From an uncultured Actinomycetes bacterium (lineage in GTDB: Bacteria; Actinomycetota; Thermoleophilia; Gaiellales; JAICJC01), in contig CAWCOL010000011.1 in the NCBI GenBank assembly GCA_963797175.1, positions 95,853-159,852 on the forward strand: a stretch of DNA of 64,000 nucleotides, read 5' to 3'. The notes beneath the pieces are model-generated. The model made no database searches and had not been told where the DNA came from. It worked only from the letters and a program-made list of their open reading frames with translations. A program made the translations under genes and the position numbers. Positions 18,873-28,767 of this stretch are shown here, one piece after another (the first letter of the stretch is position 1; each line of letters opens with the position of its first letter).

Positions 18873-20003
18873 TCAGCTGATGCAGGGGCCGGTGTCGGCG
18901 TGCGACACCAGGCTGCCCAGCGCATCGACGACGTCCTCGACCGGCACCCCGAAGCCGCCGCCGCGCTGCGCCTTGGCGAACATCATCGCCACCACGCGTC
19001 CCGACGAATCCAACACGGGGCCGCCGGAGTCGCCGTGCTGGAGTGGGCCGCGCAGCGGCACCACGGTGCGCAGCGACAGCCCCTGGCCGTAGGCGTTGGC
19101 CGAGAACACGGGCACCGGCCGCCCGGCGGTGCCCGACGCCGCCTGGAGCGGGCCGCCGCCCGGGTAGCCGGCCAGCACCACGGCCTCGGAGTCAGTGTCG
19201 ATCGGCTTCGTTCGCAGCGGCTTCGTGTCGAGGCCGCGCACCGCCAGCAGGGCGACGTCGCGGTCGGCGTTGACGTACACCGGCGTGGCCGGGAAGGTCT
19301 GCCCGTCGATCTCGACCTCGGTGTCGGACTCGCCGGCGATGACGTGGGCGTTGGTCGCGACCAGGCCGCTGCGCACGACCCAGCCCGATCCGGAGAGCTG
19401 GATGCCGCAGGCGCTGCCCTCGATCTTGGCGACCGTCCGGATCGCGGCGGCGACCCGCGGCTGCTGACCCAGCGTCGGGTCGGGCGGCGGCAGGTCGTTG
19501 CCGACCGCGCCGGCGATGACCGGCAGCCGGTCGAAGCGCTGGAGCGCGTCCATCAGCGGGCCGGCCGGCAGGTCGGCCACCAGCGGCGGCAGGATGGCCG
19601 AGCGCTGCACGACCTGGCGCATGCCCAGGGCCGGCTGGTGGAGCGCGGCCACGGCCAGCATCCACACGGCCAGCAGGCCGAGCAGCGTGCCGGCCAGGAG
19701 CCCGCCCGCGCGGTCGATCATGTCGAGCGGCCCGGTGCGCATCGCGAACCTCGCCCGGTCGGCCAGCGGGGTGCTGGCCGCCTGCACCAGCAGCCCGCAG
19801 ACCACCGCGCCCGCCAGCGACACGATCGGCCGCCAGGGCGAGCGGTCGCCGCCGTGCAGCAGCAGCGGAGCGAGCCGCGAGCCGATCACCGCGCCCACGG
19901 CGAACCCCGCCAGGGCGACGAGCTGACCGGCCAGGCCGCGGCGCAGCCCGACCAGCGCGGTGGTCACCAGCCAGGCGATGACGAGCAGATCGACGGCTCC
20001 CAT
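18873..20003 (-). CDS. CvpA-domain / trypsin-like serine protease (MarP-like membrane protease)
   Basis: Start MGAVDLLVIAWLV at 20003. The N-terminus is TM-rich. Catalytic-triad contexts are TNAHVIAG, DVALLAV and HGDSGGPVLD. Confidence 0.8.
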   Translation of the reverse strand: MGAVDLLVIAWLVTTALVGLRRGLAGQLVALAGFAVGAVIGSRLAPLLLHGGDRSPWRPIVSLAGAVVCGLLVQAASTPLADRARFAMRTGPLDMIDRAGGLLAGTLLGLLAVWMLAVAALHQPALGMRQVVQRSAILPPLVADLPAGPLMDALQRFDRLPVIAGAVGNDLPPPDPTLGQQPRVAAAIRTVAKIEGSACGIQLSGSGWVVRSGLVATNAHVIAGESDTEVEIDGQTFPATPVYVNADRDVALLAVRGLDTKPLRTKPIDTDSEAVVLAGYPGGGPLQAASGTAGRPVPVFSANAYGQGLSLRTVVPLRGPLQHGDSGGPVLDSSGRVVAMMFAKAQRGGGFGVPVEDVVDALGSLVSHADTGPCIS

Positions 20004-20030
20004 GTCCGTAGTATCGGTCGAGCCTCCGCT

Positions 20031-20906
20031 GTGTGTCAGACTGCGGTCGTGGACACGCCCGACTTCGTCGAGATCGAGCGTCTGCCGAAGCTGCGGTCGC
20101 CGACCGTGATCGCCGCGTTCCGCGGCTGGAACGACGCCGGCGCCTCGGCCAGCCTTGCCTGCACCTTCCTGCGCGACGCCACCGCGGCCGAGCGGTTCGC
20201 GGTGATCGACTGCGACCCGTTCGTCGACTACCAGCAGACACGGCCGCAGGTGTCGCTCGACGACGGGTACGTTCGCCAGATCGAGTGGCCGGTGACGGAG
20301 CTGTATGCGGACGAGGAGAGCGACGTGGTGCTCGTGCTCGGCACCGAGCCCAACCTCCGGTGGCGCGCGTTCTCGGACGCGATCGCCCAGATCTCCGTCG
20401 ACCTGGGCGCCGAGCTGACGATCACGCTGGGCGCGCTGCTGGCCGACACGCCCCACACCCGCCCGGTGCCGGTCTCCTCGACCGGCTCGGACGAGGAGCT
20501 GATTGCGCGCTTCGGCCTGACGCGGTCGAACTACGCCGGCCCGACCGGCATCGTCGGCGTGCTGCATGACGCCTGCGCGCGCCGCGGGATCCGCTCGGCC
20601 AGCCTGTGGGCGGCGACGCCGCATTACATCTCGGCCACCCCCAACCCGAGCGCCGCGGTGGCGCTGCTCGACCGGCTGCACGAGCTGGTGGGCACGCCCG
20701 AGGCGAACGAGGGGCTGCGGCGGATGTCCGGCGAGTACCAGGTGCGCGTGGCCGCGGCCATCGCCGACGACGAGGATGTGCTCGCGTACGTGGCCCAGCT
20801 CGAGGAGCAGGCCGACGAGGACGAGACGCCGAGTGGGGAGGAGTTGGCCGAACAGTTCGAGCGGTACCTGCGCGAGCAGGGGCCGGACGAGCCGGGGCCG
20901 GCGTGA
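20031..20906 (+). CDS. PAC2 (proteasome assembly chaperone 2-like) family protein
   Basis: LRSPTVIAAFRGWNDAGASAS...GTEPNLRWR...GPTGIVGVLHDA with an acidic C-terminal tail. Start at GTG 20031 or 20049. Confidence 0.7.
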   Translation: MCQTAVVDTPDFVEIERLPKLRSPTVIAAFRGWNDAGASASLACTFLRDATAAERFAVIDCDPFVDYQQTRPQVSLDDGYVRQIEWPVTELYADEESDVVLVLGTEPNLRWRAFSDAIAQISVDLGAELTITLGALLADTPHTRPVPVSSTGSDEELIARFGLTRSNYAGPTGIVGVLHDACARRGIRSASLWAATPHYISATPNPSAAVALLDRLHELVGTPEANEGLRRMSGEYQVRVAAAIADDEDVLAYVAQLEEQADEDETPSGEELAEQFERYLREQGPDEPGPA

Positions 20907-21556
20907 GCGCCGCCCGCGCGGTGACCGACGCGACGTTCGACGCCGAGGTGGTCGAGCGGTCGCGGACGGTGCCGGTGGTCGTGGACTTCTGGGCGGAGTG
21001 GTGCGGCCCCTGCCGGCAGCTCGGCCCTGTGCTGGAGGCGTCGGTCGAGGAGACGGCCGGCGCCGTCGAGCTGGTGACCGTGGACGTGGACGCGAACCCG
21101 CAGGTGGCGATGCGCTTCCGCGTCCAGTCGATCCCGGCGGTCAAGGCGTTCCGCGACGGCAGGATGGTGGACGAGTTCACCGGCGCGCTGCCGCGGCCGA
21201 TGGTGGACTCCTTCGTCCGCCTGCTGCTGCCCTCCGAGGCCGACCGGCTGGTCGAGCTGGGGGACGAGGAGTCGGTGCGCAAGGCGCTCGAGCTCGACCC
21301 GGCGCACCCGGGTGCGTTGGCCGCGCTGGCCCGGCTGGAGCTGGACGGCGACGACGACGTCGCCGACGGCCTGGCGGCGATCGAGGCGGGCGACCCCGAG
21401 CGCGGGCTCCAGCTGCTGCTCGACGCGCTGCGGGCGGCGCAGGGCGAGGGCCGCGACCGCATCCGCCGCGTCATGCTCGGCGTCTTCGCCGACCTCGGCC
21501 AGGACGATCCGCTGGCCACGCGCTTCCGGCGCGAGCTGGCCCAGGCGCTCTACTAG
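20903..21556 (+). CDS. Thioredoxin-domain protein with a C-terminal TPR-like domain (YbbN/CnoX-like)
   Basis: A GTG at 20903 overlaps the TGA. Active-site sequence is FWAEWCGPCRQL. Confidence 0.85.
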   Translation: MSAARAVTDATFDAEVVERSRTVPVVVDFWAEWCGPCRQLGPVLEASVEETAGAVELVTVDVDANPQVAMRFRVQSIPAVKAFRDGRMVDEFTGALPRPMVDSFVRLLLPSEADRLVELGDEESVRKALELDPAHPGALAALARLELDGDDDVADGLAAIEAGDPERGLQLLLDALRAAQGEGRDRIRRVMLGVFADLGQDDPLATRFRRELAQALY

Positions 21557-21575
21557 CCGATCGGGTGACCCCGCG

Positions 21576-21590
21576 CCCCCCGCCGGGGGG
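21576..21590 (+). terminator. GC hairpin CCCCCC-gcc-GGGGGG, 20 nt after the stop codon (no U-tract)
   Basis: Seen directly in the sequence. It lies between the thioredoxin-like gene and the next RBS (GAAGGAG at 21666-21672). Confidence 0.25.
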
Positions 21591-21682
21591 ATGCCCGCCT
21601 GCCCGGGGCCGGGCCATCTTGTGACGAGGACCGCTTCACCACGCCTGCGCAGCCACCCGTCCCAGAAGGAGTACCGCTCCCC

Positions 21683-24605
21683 GTGCATCGCCGTCACCGC
21701 ATCGTCATGGTCGCCGCCCTGTTGGGTGTTCTGTCGCTCGTCGCCGCCGCTCCCAGCGCGGCGTCGCTCGCCGCCCCGACCCCGGACACGACCAGCAACG
21801 GCGTGCCGCTGCCGGCGTTCCACTGGACCTCGGTCGCGGGTGCGGCCCAGTACCAGTTCCAGCTCTCGGCCGCGTCCGACTTCAGCGGGACGCTGATGGA
21901 CGCCTCCACGAAGAACACGTACTACACGATGCTGAAGACCGTCCCCGACTGCTCGTGCTTCTGGCGCGTGCGGGCGGTCACCACGGCCGGCGCCGCCGGC
22001 CCCTGGTCGAGCGTTGTCGAGTGGGACAAGTCCTCGAGCCGCGCCGGTACAGGCCAGCCCGGCCGACGGCGACACGGTGACGTATCCCGATCCGGTCGTG
22101 CTCCACTGGCAGCCGCTGGACGGCGCCGCCAAGTACGAGATCGTGATCGGCGACGACGCCAGCCTGTCGGGTGCGACCCCGCTCGAGACCTCGGCCACCA
22201 GCTACAGCCCGCCGGCCTGGCTCTCGCCCGGCCAGCACTGGTGGGCCGTCGCCGCGAAGGACGCCGAGGGCGCCTTCACGCCGTACTCGACGCCGATCTC
22301 GTTCACCTGGGACTGGCCCAGCACGGTCAGCGGGCTGACGGTCACCGACGGCGTGGACGGCACCGGCGACCCGGTCGCCGATGACGCGATCTTCGAGCCG
22401 CGCTTCTCGTGGGACACGGTCCCCGGCGCGGCCAAGTACGACCTCGACGTCAGCACCGACACCAACTTCGCGAGCGGCTCGACCACGCACTACACGACGA
22501 TCGCCACGACCTACTCACCGCTGGTGCTGCTGGCCAACGCCGACTACTACTGGCGCGTCCGGGCGACCGACCCGAACAACGACAGCGGCGACTGGACGTA
22601 CGGCGACGACCAGGCCGCTCCCGGTGACAGCTTCTCCGAGACGTTCGACACCAACGCACCGCTCTCCGTGAGCAACCTGCGGATGACGGACAACAACAGC
22701 GATCCGGGTGCCGACGAGGACGGCGATCCCAACAACGGCTACCAGACATCGGAGCCGATCGTGCAGTGGGATCCGGTGCCGGGAGCCGGCGGCTATGTCG
22801 TCGACGTCCGCCTGTACGGCGACACGCTGGGCTGCGACTGGTCGAGCAGCGGAATCCGCTGGACGAACACGACCGAGGACACGGCCTGGACGCCGCTGGG
22901 CACGGGCCTGGGGTCCGGCGCGACGGTGATCCCGGGCAAGACGCCGACCAACGACGGCGGCACGAAGAAGCTGTACAGCCTGAACGACCCGAACCTGGGC
23001 CGCTACTGCGTCCGCGTCAAGCCGGTCCGCGCGACGGGCTTCGAGGCGCCATGGACCTACCTCGACCCGAACGACGACGGCAGCACCTGGGCCTTCCAGT
23101 ACGCGGGCCCGCCGGTCGGCAACCCCTGCTCGCCCAGCTGCCAGACCGACGACTACCTCGGCGACGACGACTACCTGACGCCGCAGAGCGGCTCCACCTC
23201 GACCGCGATGCCGCTGTTCACGTGGAACCCGATCGACGGCAAGGCCAGCTACTACGTCGTGGTCGCGACCGACGCGGCGATGACGCACGTCGTCGACTAC
23301 GCCTGGACGCAGCTGCCGGCGTACGCGCCGCGGGTGACAACGCTGAACTCGTACGTCTCCTACCCGGACTCGACCACCAACTACTACTGGCAGGTCTTCC
23401 CGGCCGTGGGTTCGAACGGCTCCGGTGCCAACGGCGTGCCCGGCAACGGCACCCGTCCGGCGTTCCTCAAGGAGACGATCCCGCCGGTGCCGGTGGCGCC
23501 GCTGACGGGCGACACGGTGGACGGTGATGTCACGTTCAAGTGGCTGCCGGTCTCGGGCGCGACCAGGTACCAGTTCCAGGTCTCCGACGACGTCAACTTC
23601 CCGACGACGGGTGGCCACATCCTGGAGACGGCGGCCCTGACGTACGCGACGTCGTACACGAGCCCGATCAACAGCTTCAAGACCGGGACGCTGTACTGGC
23701 GCGTCCAGGCGATCGACGCGAAGGGGACGGGCCTCTCCTGGTCGGTGCCGCAGACGTTCACGCAGACCTACGATCCGCCCAGCTTCGACACGATCACGAA
23801 CCCGACGCAGGGCGCGATGATCCCGGTGCTCAAGTGGAACCCGGTGCCCAACGCGATCTCCTACGACGTCGATCTGATCTGCTCGATGCAGGGCGCCGTC
23901 TGCAACGATGGCAACGGCATGGAGACCACGGCCGCGACGATGACCCGGCTGACCGGCATCGGCGTCGTCGGCTGGCGCGTGCGGGCCAACTTCGCCAAGC
24001 AGTTCGGCGTGCAGCCCAGCCAGTGGTCGGCGACGCAGAGCTTCACGCGCACGATCCCCGACCCGACGGGCCCGTACACGCTGCACACCGGCACCGGCGT
24101 CCTGCTCGGCTGGAACCCGATGCCCGGGGCCCAGAAGTACAAGGTCGAGATCTCGCGCGCGAACAGCTTCAGCACGCTGATCGGCGGCGGCTCGTTCACC
24201 ACCGACAACACGAGCTGGGCGCCGACGCTGACCACGACCGACTACCTCAACGGCGGCACGTTCTACTGGCGCGTACGGACGCTGGACGGCGACAGCAACT
24301 ACGGCCAGCCCTCGCCGGCCCAGCTGATGACGCTCCCGGCCAAGCTGGCCGAGACGACCAGCGTCAGCTTCCTGCACCGGGGCAAGGTGAACACGGTGAC
24401 GGTCACCGTCAAGGACTTCGCCGGCCACGTCATCCCGGGCGCCCGGGTGACGGCCTCCGGCGCGGGCCTGCGGGCGGTCGCTCACCTGACCGGCCCCAAG
24501 GGCGGCGCGGTGTTCAAGATCAAGCCGACCAAGACCGGCTACGTCAACTTCGTCGCCACCAAGACCGGCTACCAGTCGGTCACCAAGCAGCTGCACGTCA
24601 TGTAG
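21683..24605 (+). pseudogene. Large secreted protein of eight tandem FN3-like modules, with an apparent +1 frameshift near 22040
   Basis: The signal peptide MHRRHRIVMVAALLGVLSLVAAAPSAAS and module 1 are in frame 2 (ORF 21683..). Modules 2-8 and a C-terminal beta-sandwich-like domain are in frame 0 (ORF 22014..24605). The recurring signature is W-x-P-[VL]-x-GA-x-x-Y ... YYWRV[RQ]A.D. Confidence 0.65.
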
Positions 24606-24612
24606 CCCATCT

Positions 24613-26517
24613 GTGACGGTCGCCGTTGCCCGCGGGCGGCGGCGGCCGTACACTCGCTGCGTGGCGATGCTCGCTCCGCCTCCGGTTGCTCCGCCCGCGG
24701 TGGTGTCCGCACCATGCCCGCGGTCGGCCGCGCACCTCTCCTGCGGCTACGTCAGCGTCCCGCTCGACCGGCAGATGCCGGACGGCCGCAAGATCCGCAT
24801 CTTCTTCGAGCACTGGCGGCACACCGACCGCAGCGTGCCCGCGGCGTCCACGGTGCTCTCGATCGAGGGCGGCCCGGGCTTCGCGACGACATCCGCCCCG
24901 GGCGAGCGGGTGGCGGTCTGGCGGCCCGTCTCGGCCACCCGCGACCTGCTGCTTGTCGACCTGCGCGGCACCGGCCGCTCGGGCGCCCTCACCTGCCCGG
25001 CGTTCCACCGCCACATCCTCGACTACATCGTGCGGGCGGCCGCGTGTGCCCATCAGCTCGGGCCCGACCGCGATCTCTACTCGACCTCGCAGGCCGTCCA
25101 GGACCTGCCGGTCGTGCTGGACGCGCTGCACCTCGGCAAGGTCGACCTCTACGGCGACTCCTACGGCACCTACGCGGCGCAGGCCTTCGCGCTGCGCTAT
25201 CCGGGCCGGCTGCGCTCGCTGGTGCTCGACAGCACCTATCCGCTGCCCGGCACCGACCCGGCCTGGGCCGACCTCGCCCAGGCGACGCGGCTTGCTCTGC
25301 GGCACGTCTGCGACCGGCGGCCCGACTGTCCCACGAACGACCCGGTCGGCCTGGTCGCGCGGGCGTTCGCCCGGATCAAGCAGCACCCGATCACCGGACG
25401 GGCGCCGGACGGCGACGGCACGTTCAGCAACGTCACGGTGAACCCGGACACCTTCACCCAGACGCTGCAGGACGGCTACTCCGACATCGGCGTCTACCGC
25501 GACATCCTCGCCGCCTCGGACTCGGCGCTGGCCGGCGACGATGCGCCGCTGCTGCGCCTGGTGGCCGAGAACCAGACGGTCGACGGCCCCAACGGCAACC
25601 CCGTCGTGTGGTCGGAGGCGGCCTATCTGGCCGTGATCTGCCACGACTACCCACAGCTGTGGGATCCGGATACGCCGATCGCCCAGCGCGCCGCAGTGGC
25701 GCAGGCGCGGATCGCCGCCTACCCGCCCGGCACCTTCGTGCCGCTCGACGCGGCGTCCTGGAACGGCACCGACTACGAGGGCGTCCTGGCCTGCCTGCGC
25801 TGGCCCGCCAGCACCACCGACGACCCGCCCGACCCGCCGGGCGCGGTCTACCCGGACGTGCCCACGCTGGTGCTGAGCGGCGACCTGGACAACATCACGT
25901 CGCAGTCCGGCGCCCGGGTGGTCGCATCGCGCTTCCCCGACAGCACGTTCGTGGACGTCCACAACTCCGTGCACGTGACCGTCCTCGGTGATCGTGACCG
26001 GTGCGCGTCGCTGATCTACCTGCACTTCGTGAACACGCTGACGGCCGGCGACACCTCGTGCGCCGCCCGCGTGGCCGAGGTGCGGGTCGTGCCGCGGTTC
26101 CCGCTCTCGCTCGACCAGGTCGCGCCGGCCCAGCCGGCGGCGGGCGACGGCTCGACGGTACGCGACCGCCGGCTGGCGTCCGCGGGCGCCCAGACCGCGG
26201 CCGACGCCATCGAGCGCTGGATCGTCAACTACGACGGCACCAGCGTCGGGCTGCGCGGCGGCAAGTGGTCATACGACGCGGCGCCGCCCACCTACGACCC
26301 GTCCGTCTTCACCCTGAAGGCCGACGAGTTCGTGCCCGGCGTGCCCGTGTCCGGGACGTTCACGTGGCACGTCACGACCGGCGGCGTCGCCGGCACGCTC
26401 ACGGTGCCCGGCGGCTCGTTCCACATCGCCTGGACGATGCAGGGGCCGCTGGCGAAGGCGCACCTGGACGGGCAGATCGGCGGCCGGCCGCTGCACGCCA
26501 CCATGCTCGCGCCTTAG
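24613..26517 (+). CDS. Alpha/beta hydrolase (S33 prolyl/tripeptidyl aminopeptidase-like) with a C-terminal extension
   Basis: Has EGGPGF and the nucleophile elbow GDSYGT. The start is uncertain (24613 GTG or 24667 ATG). No clear signal peptide is visible. Confidence 0.75.
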   Translation: MTVAVARGRRRPYTRCVAMLAPPPVAPPAVVSAPCPRSAAHLSCGYVSVPLDRQMPDGRKIRIFFEHWRHTDRSVPAASTVLSIEGGPGFATTSAPGERVAVWRPVSATRDLLLVDLRGTGRSGALTCPAFHRHILDYIVRAAACAHQLGPDRDLYSTSQAVQDLPVVLDALHLGKVDLYGDSYGTYAAQAFALRYPGRLRSLVLDSTYPLPGTDPAWADLAQATRLALRHVCDRRPDCPTNDPVGLVARAFARIKQHPITGRAPDGDGTFSNVTVNPDTFTQTLQDGYSDIGVYRDILAASDSALAGDDAPLLRLVAENQTVDGPNGNPVVWSEAAYLAVICHDYPQLWDPDTPIAQRAAVAQARIAAYPPGTFVPLDAASWNGTDYEGVLACLRWPASTTDDPPDPPGAVYPDVPTLVLSGDLDNITSQSGARVVASRFPDSTFVDVHNSVHVTVLGDRDRCASLIYLHFVNTLTAGDTSCAARVAEVRVVPRFPLSLDQVAPAQPAAGDGSTVRDRRLASAGAQTAADAIERWIVNYDGTSVGLRGGKWSYDAAPPTYDPSVFTLKADEFVPGVPVSGTFTWHVTTGGVAGTLTVPGGSFHIAWTMQGPLAKAHLDGQIGGRPLHATMLAP

Positions 26518-27431
26518 AGCGTTTCGCCGTCCCAGTAGTCGAGCTGCTGGATGCGGCCGATCACGCCGACGCCGCTCCATGCGATCTTGCCGGAGCGCGG
26601 GTAGTAGCAGATGTCGTTGGGGTCGCGGGTGCCGTAGGCGAGCAGGCGCATGCCTTCCGGGCCGGCCCGGAAGGTGTGGGCGACGCCCGTGCCCGCCCGG
26701 CGCGCGACGACGCTGCCGGCCCGCACCGGCAGCTCCTCGTCACCCAGCAGCAGGTGGCCGTCGCCCGTCAGGACGACGAACAGCTCCTCCTCGGCCGAGT
26801 GGCAGTGCGGCGGCGCGGCCAGCCGGCCTGGCTCGATGGCGACGTGCTTCAGTCCCGTGCGGTGCGAGCCCGCGGCCTTGCCTGGAGCCACCCGCACGCG
26901 CCCCTCGCGCGGCGCGGGGTCGTCCAGCCCCGCCAGCGCGACGACGTTCGCGGGCCGCTCGCCCGGCGCCGGGAAGTCGAGCGGCCCGGCGGCGTCGTCG
27001 AGCGGGAACAGGTCGTACGGGTCGGGGGAGGGGAGAACCGTGGGGCCGGCCCACGAGTGGGCGGCGCGGGGCAGATAGCAGAGCTCGATCGGCACCCGCG
27101 TGCCGAACGCGAGCACGTCCAGACCCTCCGGGCCGGCACGCAGCGTGTGGGTCCCGCCGTTGGGCAGGTGGACGATGCAGTCGTCCGGGCCGACCGTCGC
27201 CGTCGTTCCCTTCTGCCACAGCAGCCCGGAGCCGCCGAGCACCCAGAAGATCTCCTCCTCGGCGCCGTGGACGTGCACCGGCGTCGAGCGCTTGCCCGGG
27301 TGCAGCCGGATCCGCTGTAGGCCGACCGTGTCCGAGCCCGCGGCGCTGCCCAGGTCGAACCAGTCGGCGGCGATGTCGGTGTGGACGCGCTTGCGCACCC
27401 GCACGTTGTCCCAGTGGACGACGTCGCTCAC
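26514..27431 (-). CDS. Bicupin protein
   Basis: Two cupin motifs: PVHVHGAEEEIFWVLGGSG and PPHCHSAEEELFVVLTGDG. A GTG at 27431 overlaps the upstream TGA. Confidence 0.75.
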   Translation of the reverse strand: MSDVVHWDNVRVRKRVHTDIAADWFDLGSAAGSDTVGLQRIRLHPGKRSTPVHVHGAEEEIFWVLGGSGLLWQKGTTATVGPDDCIVHLPNGGTHTLRAGPEGLDVLAFGTRVPIELCYLPRAAHSWAGPTVLPSPDPYDLFPLDDAAGPLDFPAPGERPANVVALAGLDDPAPREGRVRVAPGKAAGSHRTGLKHVAIEPGRLAAPPHCHSAEEELFVVLTGDGHLLLGDEELPVRAGSVVARRAGTGVAHTFRAGPEGMRLLAYGTRDPNDICYYPRSGKIAWSGVGVIGRIQQLDYWDGETL

Positions 27432-28354
27432 CGCTCACCGTCCCAGTAGTCGAGCTTCTCGATGCGCGCGATCAGGTTGACGCCGAAGAACGCGATCTTG
27501 TTCGACCGCGGGTAGTAGCAGATGTCGTTGGCGTCGCGGGTGCCGTAGGCGAGGTAGAGGATGCCGCCGGGCCCGCCGCGGAACGCGTGCGCGACGCCGG
27601 TGCCGGCCGGGCGCGCCAGCACGTGGCCCGCGCGGACGGGCAGCTCGTCGTCGCCCAGCAGCAGCGTGCCCTCGCCCTCGAGCACGACGAACAGCTCCTC
27701 CTCGGCGCCGTGGCAGTGCGGCGGGCAGCCGAGCATGCCCTCAGGCACGCGCTCGTGGCGGAGCCCGGTGCGCACCGACCCCGCGGCCTCGCCCAGGTTG
27801 CGGTTGGCCCAGCGGCAGTCGCCCTCGCCGCCCTCGTCCAGCGTGGCGTCGCCCAGCGCGGCCACGTTGGCCGGCCGGGGCCCGGGCTCGGGCCACTCCA
27901 TCGGCCCCGCTGCTGCGTCCAGCTCGTACAGGTTCTGCGGCCCCAGCGCCTCGACGACGGTGGCGCCCGCCCACGCCCGGTGGGAGCGCGGGTGGTAGCT
28001 GGTCTCGGTGTCCATGCGCTGGCCGTAGGCGAGCACCTCGAGCCCATCCGGCCCCGCCCGCAGGGTGTGCGCCTCGGCGTCCGCCAAGTGGACGATCGTG
28101 TCGCCCGCGGCCACCTCGCACGTCTCGCCGTCCTGCCAGAGCAGGCCCGAGCCGGACAGGACGTGGAAGATCTCCTCCTCGCCGCCGTGAGCGTGGGGCG
28201 GCGTCGAGCGCATCCCCGGGCGCACCCGGAAGCGCCGCAGCCCGACCGTGACCGAGCCGGCGGCCTCACCCAGCCGCTGCTGGCCGGCGCCGATCTCGCC
28301 GACCGAGTCGTCGCGCCACTCCACGTCGTCCCAGTGCACCAGGTGGCGGCTCAC
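27428..28354 (-). CDS. Bicupin protein (tandem paralog)
   Basis: PPHAHGGEEEIFHVLSGSG and PPHCHGAEEELFVVLEGEG. By eye, the C-terminal half is about 70% identical to the downstream paralog. Confidence 0.75.
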   Translation of the reverse strand: MSRHLVHWDDVEWRDDSVGEIGAGQQRLGEAAGSVTVGLRRFRVRPGMRSTPPHAHGGEEEIFHVLSGSGLLWQDGETCEVAAGDTIVHLADAEAHTLRAGPDGLEVLAYGQRMDTETSYHPRSHRAWAGATVVEALGPQNLYELDAAAGPMEWPEPGPRPANVAALGDATLDEGGEGDCRWANRNLGEAAGSVRTGLRHERVPEGMLGCPPHCHGAEEELFVVLEGEGTLLLGDDELPVRAGHVLARPAGTGVAHAFRGGPGGILYLAYGTRDANDICYYPRSNKIAFFGVNLIARIEKLDYWDGER

Positions 28355-28767
28355 GCTGAGACCTCCTCGAGCAGCCGACGCGCCTCCTCGGGGAGCGGTG
28401 CGGGGCGTTCGCGACCGGCGTCGCAGTGCACCATCACGGACTCCGCCCGGGCGCTGACGCGCCCGTCGGAGAGGGCGGTGATCAGCTCGCGCGTGGTCAC
28501 GCTCGACGTGCCGATGCGGATCACCTCGAGGCTCACCTCGACCTCGTCGTCGGCCTGGGTGAGACCGCTCTCGAACTCGATCTCGACGCGTCGGGCGACG
28601 CAGCGCCCGACCGTGTCGTGGCCGAGGAGCTGCGTGTAGAACTCATCGCGGGCCTCCTCCAGGTACGTCAGGTACACGCTGTTGTTGACGTGGCCGAACC
28701 CGTCCATGTCACGCCAGCGGATCTCGATCCGTTTGGTGTATGCCACGGGAGCAGTCTCGCAGAGCAT
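28351..28767 (-). CDS. 4HBT (hotdog-fold) acyl-CoA thioesterase
   Basis: YTKRIEIRWRDMDGFGHVNNSVYLTYLEEAR. The start is ATG 28767 or, more plausibly, GTG 28746. The stop overlaps the bicupin GTG. Confidence 0.75.
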   Translation of the reverse strand: MLCETAPVAYTKRIEIRWRDMDGFGHVNNSVYLTYLEEARDEFYTQLLGHDTVGRCVARRVEIEFESGLTQADDEVEVSLEVIRIGTSSVTTRELITALSDGRVSARAESVMVHCDAGRERPAPLPEEARRLLEEVSA

